A DNA stretch of 64,000 nucleotides from Haliotis cracherodii (lineage: Eukaryota): contig NW_027266275.1 of the NCBI RefSeq assembly GCF_022045235.1, forward strand, positions 73,718,001 to 73,782,000. Reading direction: 5' to 3'. Both the position numbers and the translations under genes were made by a program. How positions within the stretch are numbered: the first letter of the stretch is position 1; each line of letters starts with the position of its first letter. The notes beneath the pieces are model-generated. The model was not told where the DNA came from, ran no database searches, and was given only the letters and a program-made list of their open reading frames with translations. Positions 1 to 12,240 of the stretch are shown here, piece after piece.

Positions 1-369
1 GATACACACGAGTAAGTCAATGTCTGTTTACCCTGGTGAGTAGAACATACACACGAGTAAGTCAATGTCTGTTTAGCCTGGTGAGTAGAACATACACACG
101 AGTAAGTCAATGTCTGTTTACCCTGGTGAGTAAAACATACACAAGAGTAAGGCAATGTCTGTTTACCCTGGTGAGTAGAACATACACACGAGTAAGTCAA
201 TGTATGTTTACCCTGATGAGTAAAACCTACACACGAGTAAGTCAATGTCTGTTTACCCTGGTGAGCAAAACCTACACACGAGTAAGTCAATGTCTGTTTA
301 CCCTGGTGAGTAAGCCAATGCCTGTTTACTTGGTGACGGTGACTACAACATACACACGAGTAAGTCATT
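1..369 (+). repeat. 45-bp tandem repeat (~7 copies, truncated by the window edge) containing a ccctg|gtgagt donor-like site
   Basis: Unit catacacacgagtaagtcaatgtctgtttaccctggtgagtagaa; 15-aa periodicity in ORF 36..371. Confidence 0.93.
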
Positions 370-819
370 AGTGTTTATGACGCAATCAGCAGTGTTCTAG
401 TTATACCACTGCGGCCTGACAAAAAACACATTTGGGCCTGGCAACTTTGTGGTTAATAACAAGAGCAATGGCCCACGATGTCCGGTTTAACAATATGTGA
501 AAATGATTATCTACTATGTACGAACAGTTCAAGACAACTTTTTTCAAACAGGTGGGAACGTGTGAACCAGTCTAAGGCGCCGAAATTAGTTTCGGAGAGT
601 TGTGTCCCTTTAGCGTGTATGAAACATATAATCATAAGTTCGAATCCCATATTAGCTCTGATCACAATTCTAGGTTCGCCATCAGCACACGCCTGCTTAT
701 TGGTAAATGCCTCAGCCTGCCTCGCGTCGGCCTTCCTCCTACAGGCTGACACGCCTTGATGTAACGGTAATACTTTCAGAGGTGTACTGTTATAACCAAA
801 GTCCATCTCTCCACCCCAG

Positions 820-938
820 GTACTATTCGCCTTCATGGTGGGCCTGCACAACTTGTACTGGTACTACGGGGCGCAGAAAATCAAGATGGAGATCAATGGC
901 AATCTCGTCAGCGTTCACGCAGCGAAAGCATTCCAAGG
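820..938 (+). CDS. TRPC: TRPC-family channel, internal exon (S5 and outer loop): VLFAFMVGLHNLYWYYGAQKIKMEINGNLVSVHAAKAFQG
   Basis: Acceptor ccaccccag at 811-819, donor gtaagt at 939; 119 nt, phase 0 to 2. Matches the TRP/TRPC S5 pattern VLFAFxxGLxxLyWYY. Upstream exons lie outside the window. Confidence 0.92.
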
Positions 939-2029
939 GTAAGTCCCAGACTGACGGACCATCCCCGGACCAGTGCTTCCATAGAGGGGGTCATGAAGCA
1001 CCCATTCCAAGCTCGCTTAATCCCAATGAGTCTTACATCATCGTGCATTTTTTCACGTCGCCAGGCTATTCTACACCCGTCCTAAATAGTAGTTATTTAA
1101 TTGGAGCACTGTCTTAGAATTCCGTTGTGACGTATTTAGGTCACGTGTTACGTTTGTTCCTCCAGTCTTTAAAGATCGGTCGATGGCTTCCTTTGATGTA
1201 ATTTAGCGGTTACTACAGCGGTCTGCGTGACGCGAGGCGTTACTACCTACACGCGGCAGTTAAAGTGAGCAGAAAGTAGAACGAGGGCTATAATCTAAAA
1301 AAAACGGCCTCCTAAATGTTTCCATATCAAAATATATATTCCAATTCAGGCTATGTACTTTTCCCGAGAATAACATCCTGTAAGAAACACGCAGGGACGT
1401 TTATGCTCCTTGTCAAATTAATGTTTCTGGTTCCCGAAGTGAGTCTTTTTGATGTTCCATTATCAATCCGTACTTGCTATCGGGCACACTATGAATAAAA
1501 ATGTCATAAAAGTAAACAAACGTATTTTGAAAACTTCGAATCAGTGAATCATGATTGATTTACCCTAAATAGATCTTTCAGCTAAAGTACAACTTCAAGC
1601 ATATCCAGGTTCCAGTTGCCTGCTTCACAGTCGGTAGATCGTTAGTTCCAAACTCGAGGGTGGGCGAATATACGGACGTTGAGACCGGAAGCTGTCAGGG
1701 GTATTCAAGAACGGCCATTCATACTTCTGGGGATCTAATTCCAGCAAACACTTTAAGGGTTAGGTGCCAATCAGTCGATATTATGAGATAACATGCAGCG
1801 CTATAACGCAATTCAGAGTGACGTTTGCATGTCAGATTTCATTACACTTGATCCATGCTCCTCGTGGGCTGAACACTGGCTCGTTGTGCCGGAGTAGGGG
1901 TGCTTCACGGAGACGACAAGTTGAGCGTGGGGGTCAAGCAGGGTAGGGGAGACACTTAATACTCTTAAAGGATTGCAAAAAGGTGTACGGAGGGGAGGGG
2001 GTAAAAGCGGTTGTGTGCCTGGGTTGGAT

Positions 2030-2066
2030 GCAGTCGGGGAGTGGGGAGGGGGGTGTAGGTGTGGGT

Positions 2067-2097
<31 letters not shown>

Positions 2098-2120
2098 GTT
2101 GGGGGGGGGGGGGGGGGTTT
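2030..2120 (+). repeat. Poly-G / (GT)n low-complexity tract
   Basis: Long G runs and (GT)n visible directly. Confidence 0.9.
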
Positions 2121-2274
2121 ATAGCTATAGGGTGGTGTGGATGGGTGAGGGATACGCTGTACATGGGGACACGGTAGGGATGAAGGTACACTTGAGTGTG
2201 GATGGCCCGGTGGGGACGTTGTACACGCAGTGTGGCGGGGGTGACATTTTACACATGTGGATATGTACAGGTAG

Positions 2275-3107
2275 GGAACTTGAAGCCAGGGTGTGGATCT
2301 TGAAGAGAGGATTAGTATCTTGAAGCAAGGGTGGGGGATTTGAAGCAAGGATGGGAATCTTGAAGCAAGGATGGTGATTTTGAAGCAAGGGTGGGGATCT
2401 TGAAGGAAGGATGGGGGTCTTGAAGCAAGGATGGCGATCTTGAAGCAAGGGTGGGGAACATAAAGAGAACTTGAAACAATGGGAGGTAACTTGAAGCAAG
2501 GGTGGGGAACCTGAAGCAAGAGCAAGTAACCTGAGGCAGGGGTAGGGGATTCGAAGCTAAGGTGGGAATCTTGAAGCAAGGGTAGGGAACTTGAAGGGAA
2601 CCTTGAGCAAAGGTAGAAACTTGAAGCAAGGATGGCGATCTTGAAGCACGGATGGGCAACATGAAGGGAACTTGACGCAAGGGTGGGAAACTAAAGCGAA
2701 GGAAGGGAACTTGAAGCAAGGGTGGGGAACTTGAAGCAAGGGTGGGGAACTTAAAGAGAACTTGAAGCAAGGGGTGGGCAACATGAAGGGAACTTGACGC
2801 AAGGGTGGGAAACTAAAGAGAAGGAAGGGAACTTGAAGCAAGGGTGGGGAACTTGAAGAGAACTTGAAGCAAGGGGTGGGCAACTTGAAGGGAACTTGAA
2901 GCAAGGGTGGGCAACTTGAAGGGAACTTGAAGCAAAGGTGGGCAACTTGAAGGGAACTTGAAGCAAGGGTGGGAAACTTGAAGCAAGAGTGGGAAACATG
3001 AGGGGAACTTGAAGCAAGGGTGGGGAACCTGGAGCAAGGTCGGGGAACTTGAAGCAAGGGTCGGAAACTTGAAGCAAGGGTTGAGAACTTGAATCAAGGG
3101 AAGGAAA
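2275..3107 (+). repeat. Degenerate ~20-bp purine-rich tandem repeat (ttgaagcaagggtggggaac) with 11-bp sub-repeats
   Basis: Recurrent acttgaagcaagg / acttgaaggga motifs. Confidence 0.9.
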
Positions 3108-3109
3108 CA

Positions 3110-4030
3110 TGCCGCGTCCCGTGTTGGCAATGACTGTGTGATGTTCGAAAGACGAGAGTCTACCATTATTTCCTCTTGACTACGCCGCACTATCATCCAC
3201 GGGAACCCGCCTCTGACTGCACCTCGTATATCAAACAGAGCACCGTTCTGGACAGCAAGCTCCTGCTTATAACTGGACAAGGGACAATTGATACAAATCC
3301 GATAAGGGAAGCTTTTAGATCAACGTTAATGGCGACTGCACGCCAGATAATGAAGTTATGTCTTTATGGGGGACATCTGCAGGGGATGCTACTGGAGTGT
3401 CCGGCACACAAAGACATTAGTCCAGGTTGTGGGGTCAAGCACGGACTGGGGACAACGGCAAGTGATCCTCACAATTCCTGAGATTCAGGACCCACTCGGT
3501 TGGAGGGTGTATGGCGAGTTGGTGGTGAGGGCATGTGAGAATATATACTCTCGATGTAATATACACAAGAGAATATATATCCGTGATGTGATATACAAGA
3601 GATTATATATACTCCCTATGTTATATACACAAGGGATTATCAGTGGTATATGGTGATATATACAATATATACTCCCGATGTGATATACACAATATATATT
3701 CCCGATGTGATATACACAATATATACTCCCGATGTGATATACACAATATATACTCCCGATGTGATATACACAATATATACTCCCGATGTGATATACACAA
3801 TATATACTCCCGCTGTGGATGGGAGACTCAAGATGCTGCTGTATCCGTGGAGGATGCAACCAGCTCATTGATTCCACCCGGCTTTGTTGACTTGACATAA
3901 AACGCCGTATATAAAGATAGTCTTTTATGATGTCTAAGCGCAAAGCAAGCGGATGTCCTTTTGACATTCCTGCAATTGCTTTACTATCTGAATGTTTTGA
4001 CAAATAGAGTAATCCCCTCACGCCGCGCTG
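3110..4030 (+). mobile_element. Possible old, decayed AcademX C-terminal remnant (XPG tail plus Cys-rich finger) interrupted by a 27-bp minisatellite
   Basis: Broken frames give LCLYGG, WGQ..IPEIQDPLGW, PW..PA..PPGFVDL and a KRKASGCP..CNC..EC..NP-like segment, in the order expected for Academ XPG proteins; heavily degraded. Confidence 0.35.
3535..3812 (+). repeat. 27-bp minisatellite (cccgatgtgatatacacaatatatact)
   Basis: 9-aa periodic ORFs IYSRCDIHN; about 5 near-perfect plus degenerate copies. Confidence 0.93.
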
Positions 4031-5626
4031 AGTTTATGGTAACGTGTAAGATGAAACTGAACGGTAGGGATCTCCGTGGCAATCAGCGAGATGATTGACT
4101 ACGTCACTCAGGGGAAGGGTCGTAACTCTGTCTTCAGTCCGCGGAGATTTATAACACGTAATTATACCCAGACATGGGGGGGGGGGGGGGGCTACATTGG
4201 GGAGAGGGTGGGGAGGAGATGAGATGGTGGTGTAATAAAGAAAGCAACAAACTCGCCGGCTAAGGTGGGCATAGTTCAATGTTAAGTACAGAATGGCGAG
4301 GTTTTGAAAAGTGTTTGATACCACACAGAAAAAGTAGACGGCTTGGTGGCGCACTGTAATGAGGAGCCCGAGCATTCGTGTCTGTGTGGAGGGTTATGAC
4401 GGTAGTACAGGGGTCAGCAGACAGATTGGGATCCGCGTTGTTCATCACCCTATGTCTGTCACACGTAACCATACAAAGACCTTCCTTCCGCCGGGATGTG
4501 TATGGGGATTTAAGCTAGCGTCTTGAATTGTACACTGCTACCTCTGGCTCAAGTACGCAAGGCCACAAGTAGGTCTAGTCAGTTCTGACTTTTGATGGAG
4601 AATCAAGCAATTGTTCATTATGCCGCATTGAACAGTTGACATCCTTTACCATACTGAAACGGCAGGGCTACAAATCTGAGCTTTCAGCTTGTCAAACTAC
4701 CGTCATGGTCAACACTTAGCGATCGGAAACCTCGCGCCGATACACTCATTCATCCTGCAGACTAGTCGTCAGCCAGCCACTTGCCTGGATGGTTGCAAGC
4801 TGGTGCTACGGAGAGCGAGAGCCCGTAGGAAAACCATGTCCGCAGTTTAGAATATGTCAACAATTACACTTCGAATGCGTTAAGCAAACTGGAAATTGAT
4901 TTCTTTTTCTTAGTCATATGGACATAACTAGCGTGTATCTCCCTCTGAAGTACTTACGTTTGATGTCGACGGACACACGTGGTGTGTGGGCTGGACGTGA
5001 GGGGGTATATTGATCCGTCAGCCAAATAAATATATTACACATGGGAGGGCTGGTAATTGCTATGCTAGAATTTTCGTTTAATATGTGCATAGAATATCAC
5101 ACAACATTTCCTGTTGATTTACGTGTTTTGAAAGACTGACATTTAGTTTTTCGGTTTGTATAACGCAAGCCACTTTTGGTATCCAAACACAGAGCATAAT
5201 AGGGTACATGCAGCTAATGGTAGTCTTAGCTGCACGAGCGCTCTATTTCATTATAAATATGCTAAACGCCGAGCCATCAGCTCTGATTTAAACATTAAAG
5301 TTCCCATTCATCCATAAATACATGGCCAGTCATATAACACAGCATCGCTTCATTACCCCAACATCACGCTCGTCAATGTCCTACATAAAACAAAGTATCT
5401 CTTATTGTAACTTTAGTAACACGTTTACCGATCATATAGCTCATCACTGGTGCACACGGTCGGTACATATTGTTTATATATCAAACAACCCCACCCCCTC
5501 GCTCTCACCCCCCCCCCCCCCCCCAACACACACACACACACACCCATCCCACCCACCTCCTTATTAACGGTATATCTATAGCTAACCCCGGTACGGGTTC
5601 ATATGATGCAGGACCTTTGGAATTGA

Positions 5627-5820
5627 TTTGTTTTGTTTGTTGTTGCTATATGACGTCGGTCTGTAAATAATCGACAGTCCAGTGATTTACATCATGAGCA
5701 TCGATCCACGCAATTGGGATACGATGAACCAAGTCAGCGAACCTGACCACCGGATCCCGTTAGTCTCCTCTTACGGCAAGTATGGGTTGCTGAAGACTTA
5801 TTCTCTCCCGGATCTTCACC
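5627..5820 (-). mobile_element. SINE family B, partial copy
   Basis: Shares caagtcagcga..ctgaccac.cgatcccgttagt..cctctta core and (GTTT)n tail with copies at 17741, 39962 and 45587. Confidence 0.8.
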
Positions 5821-6210
5821 TGCTGAGTCCTATGTAGAAGAGGTTCAATAGGCAGAACAACGCAGTCACTTAAACATGAACGCGTACCCCGCGCCTCTCT
5901 CATGTCTCTCATTTGATCTATTTCTCTCTTCTTCTCTTTCTGTCTCTCACTGTCCTATGTAGAAGAGGTTCATCACTTACTACAACACAATCAAATGTCT
6001 CTCACTCTCTCTTTCCTCTCTCTGCTTCTGTTTCTGTCTCTCATTGTATATCCATTCTCTTGTTGCGTGTCACAGCCGTTCTACAGCCTGTTCTAGCCTC
6101 TGTACTCGTCCTCACACAACGCCCTCCCCTCCCCTCCACTTAACACCCCCCACCCACCCATCCCTTGTCATTAACCGTCTCTAAATGTCTCTCTTCTCTC
6201 TCTCCTGCAG

Positions 6211-6302
6211 GTTGCGACAGACGTTCTACAGCCTGTTCTGGTCCATGTTCGGCCAGGTGAGCATGAGTGACATCACCGTCATGCATCCGGAACCTGATGG
6301 AG
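6211..6302 (+). CDS. TRPC: TRPC exon: pore helix/selectivity filter LRQTFYSLFWSMFGQVSMSDITVMHPEPDG
   Basis: Polypyrimidine tract + ctgcag acceptor, gtgagt donor at 6303; 92 nt, phase 2 to 1; TRPC LFW pore motif. Confidence 0.93.
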
Positions 6303-7432
6303 GTGAGTTTGTCCCGGGCATCGTACCCAGTACAATATCATCATCCGTCATTATAAGAGGCTAAACATTTTTATTCTTGCTAACTTTGCGAGGCATGCTG
6401 CTTCAGGAACGTTAAATGCATCCACGTGTCGGATTCTGACTGTTATGTCGGAATTGAGGACACAAAATGACAAGTGACCTAAGGGCCGCAAACATTTGTG
6501 GAGAGTTAGATCCCTTAGTCTTGCCAGGATCCGCTAGTCAATTCAATTTGCCACGATTATGATCCTTTGTGTTCCTCCCAAATCAAGCTGATCCGCTCTG
6601 ATGTAACTGAAATACTGTTCAAAGGGACGTTAAATCAGACTCACTCACGTATGTCAGAATTCTCGATGGAAATCATACTTGTAAATGTTCAAGGGACAAA
6701 GTCGAGAATCTGTCTGACTTGAAATGTTCAATGTGTTCATGCCTATTTACATTGTTGCTAATGTCTGCGTTTTCAGGGATACGATCATGTTGATATACGT
6801 CATGGTGAAGTAGATAATTCAGGGCTTGTTACGGACAGGCAGTCACAACAGTCACGCCCTTGTCAAATACTAAGTATCTGAACCAAATAATAATGTCCCG
6901 GCGTTAAAGTAAAAAATAATAACGAGTACTGATATAAACAATGGAAACGAGACGAGACACCAGAGTGTGGAGAACGTTACATATGAGGGGGCTAGTGTAT
7001 TACCGTTAACTATGTGTACCTATAGGGCTTCACAGGAAATATATCTCACTGGACATCAACCGTTATGATAGTATGCTGTGGCCCTATGCGCTTGTACAAT
7101 ACTAAGTGTTCTAAAACACTGTGTGACATGTACGCGCGTACCGTACGCAGTATTCTTAAACAGTACGTGGCCCTGAGTTCCCTTACGTACTGGGTGCTTT
7201 TGAACTTCTGTGAATAGGGCGGCGTGAGAGTTTTGTAGGCGACTTAATCGTGTATTTATTTTTACGAAGAGGCTAGGGGCGAAACTTGTAAATGACTACA
7301 TGTGACATATGTATACAGTTGATTGATTCGATGAGAGTTAGGTTGTATTTCTGTAATTAGGACCACGGATCCATCTGTCTCAATATTAAGGACTTATATA
7401 ATTCACGTCTCCCAGCACCTGACTCTGCCCAG

Positions 7433-7520
7433 GGCGCCATTGTACAAAGCGATCTTAGCGCTAAGGTGATCGTAACCTATACCTTAACATAGACGTTAAA
7501 GTTGTTTTGTACAACGGGAC
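7433..7520. mobile_element. Small PIF/Harbinger-like MITE (related fragments to ~8050)
   Basis: Imperfect TIR ggcgccattgtacaaa / tttgtacaacgggacc flanked by CAG on both sides; recurring aagcgatcttag motif. Confidence 0.5.
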
Positions 7521-7687
7521 CCAGGTTTCGCGAAGCGATCTTAGTGCTAAGTGGTGAAAGTGCGTTTATTACGACATACTCGTTTCATTAAGAATACTTT
7601 GTGGAACGAGGACCGTGTTTCCTAAACAATCTTAGAACTAAGACTGGTATAAGTCTATGTAAAAGAGTATGTGTTACCTCATATAAC

Positions 7688-7972
7688 GGGTGGCGCGGGT
7701 GACCAAGTCATACAAGGCGCCGCGATTCGCTGATGCTTCCCTTGGGCATGCCAGAAACCTATGATTGTGGTTTCGAATCCCAGTTCGCCCCGATTATATT
7801 TCTAAGTTTGTCAGCACCATACCCGTGCTCGTGGGTGTCACCGAAGTGGTAAACGTCTAAGACCTGCATGACTTCGGGCTTTCCTCCCACATTAAGCTGA
7901 CACGCCGCGATATAACTGGAATACTGTTAAAAGCGGAGTTAAACCCAACTCACTCACTAACTCACTCACTCA
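7688..7972 (+). mobile_element. SINE family C (tRNA-like head, tttcctcccac central motif, (CACT)n tail)
   Basis: A/B-box-like head; inverted second copy at 42562-42825. Confidence 0.8.
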
Positions 7973-8190
7973 TCTATAGCGCTATGATCGCTTTGTGAAA
8001 GTGTCTCTGGGCTGTCCTTAGTCGTGAGATCACTTTGGGGAACCCATCAAGAACTACCTATGTCATACCATGAGAAACGTGCAGTTCCGGGCAGACTTGC
8101 ATTTTCCGGAGACTTCGTCAAGGTTTTAACTCTTCCAGTGTTATGTTCAGTGTGGTAGTGTACGCAGATAGATGCCATCTCCTCTTGCAG

Positions 8191-8232
8191 GTTATATATC
8201 CAGTGTCGTGAGCGGCGGCAAGGGCGGAGGAG
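8191..8232 (+). CDS. TRPC: Candidate 42-nt symmetric microexon of the TRPC gene (GYISSVVSGGKGGG) in the pore-to-S6 loop
   Basis: ctcctcttgcag acceptor, gtaggc donor at 8233; phase 1-1, no stop, fits both flanking exons. No transcript evidence available. Confidence 0.6.
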
Positions 8233-9160
8233 GTAGGCGTGTGTTATAACTTCACATTGTTATTTACCCCCTGTTCACTATGTGTGTTGGCGTTTCAGTT
8301 CGGTCTCCTAGAACGTGGCCTAACATCGTCCTTCACAGTTTATAACACCATGTCCATGCACTAGAGTGGCTTATCGTTTCTTGCTCTCAGCCACTAAAGC
8401 AAGCGGCCCTGCCTACGTGTGGCTGCGTATGTGCGTATGTGCGTGTGTACGTGTGTACGTGTGCGTACTGAGGCCTACTAAGGTGATCAGTAGATCTAGG
8501 GGTGTCACTTTCAGTCCTCATAACCTCGTCTTTGCAGTCAAAAAATGTCAAGTTCTAGACAGTGAGCGTGGCGACATATACTGTACCGACGGCAGCAAAC
8601 GAGATCCCAACACGCCCCCAGGTACTTGGCATGTCTGTCCTAGCTTGTAGAGGCGACGAGAGCTGGCTTCGTGTGTAACATAGATAGTTTCAGCAGTTGA
8701 TGTGTTCTCACATGCTTGGTGAATGTGCATGCGTTTAGTGGTGCTGCTGCTCGTGAGAGCCATGTTCTGTAACAGCTGTTCAATTGTGATGCTAGACCCC
8801 ATAACGACGTCAACATTGACCTTGATAAAATATGTCTCCATTATTTGATCTTATGAATGCAGCCCTATTGTGTATAAAGCGTGTCCGAAACGTGTAACGT
8901 GTTAAGAAGAAGGACATGTAATGGATTAATGGTTATAATATCCCTGCATTTTTGTTTTTTTTAATGTTTAATGTCCCAGCAAAATGTGAGACGAAATATC
9001 TCCTGATTATTAGTCGAGCAGCTTTGACCAATACAGTCTACAGATACAGGACAACCAGTGACAACGCACATGTGTCAACGTGCAACTTTTTCAGTATCGT
9101 CCCATGCATGGGAAACACGCCTAACAGATAGCGATACAGGACCACGACTGTCTTCACTCA

Positions 9161-10330
9161 TCTGTACACTCTGTTATTATACACTCAACAGATACTAAGT
9201 AGAGCCATTACTGTGTTCAAGGATCTGTACACACTGTTATTACACACTCAACAGATACTGAGATAGAGCCATTACTGTGTTCAAGGATCTGTACACTCTG
9301 TTATTACACATTCAACAGATACTGAGATAGAGCCATTACTGTGTTCAAGGATCTGTACACTCTGTTACTATACACTCAACGGATACTGAGATAGGGCCAT
9401 TACTGTGTTCAAGGATCTGTACACTCTGTTATCATACACTCAACAGATACTGAGATAGAGCCATTACTGTGTTCAAAGATATGTACACTCTGTTATTATA
9501 CACTCAACAGAAACTGAGATAGGGTCATTACTGTGTTCAAGGATCTGTACACTCTGTTATTATACACTCAACAGATACTGAGATAGAGCCATTACTGTGT
9601 TCAAGGATCTGTACACTCTGTTATTACACGCTCAACAGATACTGAGATAGAGCCATTAATGTGTTCAAGGATCTGTACTCTCTGTTCTTACACACTCAAC
9701 AGATACTGAGATTAGCCATTACTGTGTTCAAGGATCTGTACACTCTGTTATTACACACTCAACAGATACTAAGATAGAGCCATTACTGTGTTCAAGGATC
9801 TGTACACACTGTTATTACACATTCAACAGATACTGAGATAGAGCCATTACTTTGTTCAAGGATCTGTACACTCTATTATTACACACTCAACAGATAGTGA
9901 GAGAGGGTCATTACTGTGTTCAAGGATATGTACACTCTGTTATTACACACTCAACAGATACTAAGATAGAGCCATTACTGTGTTCAAGGATCTGTACACA
10001 CTGTTATTACACACTCAACAGATACTGAGATAGAGCCATTACTGTGTTCAAGGATCTGTACACTCTGTTATTACACACTCAACAGAATCTGAGATAGAGC
10101 CATTACTGTGTTCAAGGATCTGTACACTCTGTTATTACACACTCAACAGAATCTGAGATAGAGCCATTACTGTGTTCAAGGATCTGTACACTCTGTTATT
10201 ATACACTCAACAGATACTGAGATAGAGCCATTACTGTGTTCAAGGATCTGTACACTCTGTTATTACACACTCAACAGATACTGAGATAGAGCCATTACTG
10301 TGTTCAAGGATCTGTACACACTGTTACTGT
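9161..10330 (+). repeat. 64-bp minisatellite, ~18 copies
   Basis: Unit ctgtacactctgttattacacactcaacagatactgagatagagccattactgtgttcaaggat; ggatct recurs at 9541 and 9605. Confidence 0.96.
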
Positions 10331-11204
10331 ACCCCCAACACATACCGAGAGAAGCCCATGATTACATTTAACGATCTTTAGACTGTGCTCTTTTTACTTC
10401 GTTTGCGAATCCGCGACCGTAAACACTGAGGGGAAGATTAAATCAATATTGTATTGTATATAGCGCCGACAGTTTTCATACCAAATAAATCATTTTAAAT
10501 ATTTGGCATCGTTATAAATGCTGACATGAAACATTTTTCTGAGTGCATTACCAATACTTGAAGACAGAAAGTACATGTACTTACATTTAAAAATACCATT
10601 GAAAGACCCAAAACCAGTGAGACCAGGTTACAAAAAATATATTTCTAAGTCCCTTAAACACATCCGTTCTTTTATCTGTGTTGACCGACACGTAATTAGT
10701 AATAAAATCTGGCTCTTATATACTGTTGTGTTAACACAAACTACAAATACCAAAGCATGACTTTGTTCTACGATCCTTTAGCACTATTATAACACACTCA
10801 TCACATACCAAGACATGATCACATGTTATGATCTGTTTGCTCCGTAAGTACACACCCACATGTACTAAGATATGACCACTGTAATTTTCAATGATACGTT
10901 TACAATGGTGTTAATACAGACAATACTATAACACGTAGAATGGATGAACTATGTATGCGGTAATGGCTACGGTTAGGACTATAATGGTATCTGTTCGTTA
11001 TCACGGCTATGACTGAATGTGACTGTATTAAGACTAAGACTAGGGACGTTTATTGTGACTCAGCATTTGATCAAATTATAACAGTGGTCTTTTATTGAAC
11101 TGATTCAGTTGTGTCTGGTACTGATTTTAAAATCTTAACACTGGGCTATATAAGCTGTATGCAAGTCCATCCAGGGAACTGAGATAGGTCAAACCCTTGT
11201 TGTA

Positions 11205-12005
11205 TCTGTTGTCAATCAGTGCCTCATGTTGTTGGAGCGTCCGTTGTTGTCAATCAGTGCCTCATGTTGTAAGAGCGCCCGTTGTGGTCAGTCAGTGCTT
11301 CATGTTGTTAGAGCGTCCGTTGTTGTCAATCAGTGTCTCACGTTGTTGGAGCGTCTGTTGTTGTCAATCAGTGCCTCATGTTGTTGGAGCGTCCGTTGTT
11401 GTCAATCAGTGCCTCATGTTGTTGGAGCGTCCGTTGTTGTCAATCAGTGCCTCATGTTGTTGGAGCGTCCGTTGTTGTCAGGGAGCCTCATGTTGTTAAG
11501 CGTCCGTTGTTTTAAGGGTGCCTCATGTTGTTGGAGCGTCCGTTGTTGTCAATCAGTGCCTCATGTTGTTAGAGCGCCCGTTGTTGTCAATCAGTGCTTC
11601 ATGTTGTTAGAGCCTCCGTTGTTGTCAATCAGTGTCTCACGTTGTTGGAGCGTCCGTTGTTGTCAATCAGTGCCTCATATTGTTAGAGCGTCCGTTGTTG
11701 TCAGAACGCCTCATGTTGTTAAGCGTCCGTTGTTGTCAGGGAGCCTCATGTTGTTAAGCGTCCGTCGTTGTCAGGGTGCCTCATAATGTTGGAGCGTCCG
11801 TTGCTGTCAGGGTGCCTCATGTTGTTGGAGCGTTCGTTGTTGTCACTGTGCCTCATGTTGTTCGAGCGTCCGTTGTTGTCAGGGTGCCTCATGTTGTTGG
11901 AGCGTCCGTTGTTGTCAATCAGTTCCTCACGTTGTTGGAGCGTCCGTTGTTGTCACAGTGCCTCATGTTGTTCGAGCGTCCGTTGTTGTCAGGGTGCCTG
12001 TTGTC
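11205..12005 (+). repeat. 38/36-bp minisatellite, ~21 copies
   Basis: Unit gtcaatcagtgcctcatgttgttggagcgtccgttgtt. Confidence 0.95.
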
Positions 12006-12197
12006 AGTGTGGCTCATGTTGTCAGCATGTGTTTTGTTGTCAAAGTGTCTCTGTTTTCTGTGTTCCAAGTTTTGTTGTCGCCTGTGACCCTTTGTCCTCC
12101 TGGGTGTTTCACAGTAACTTTCCTTATTGTTTCTTTTCTTTTATTTTTATTGAGATTTACATTTCAGCCGTATGTCTCGTTACTTTCTTTCTCTCTG

Positions 12198-12240
<43 letters not shown>
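12198..12240 (+). repeat. (TGCG)n microsatellite
   Basis: Directly visible. Confidence 0.95.

Noticed and set aside
9161-10330. Regular arrays (also 23632-24455, 25772-26252, 47510-49316) as CRISPR-like loci
   Set aside because: Units are head-to-tail with no unique spacers, there are no cas genes, and the context is eukaryotic; these are ordinary minisatellites.
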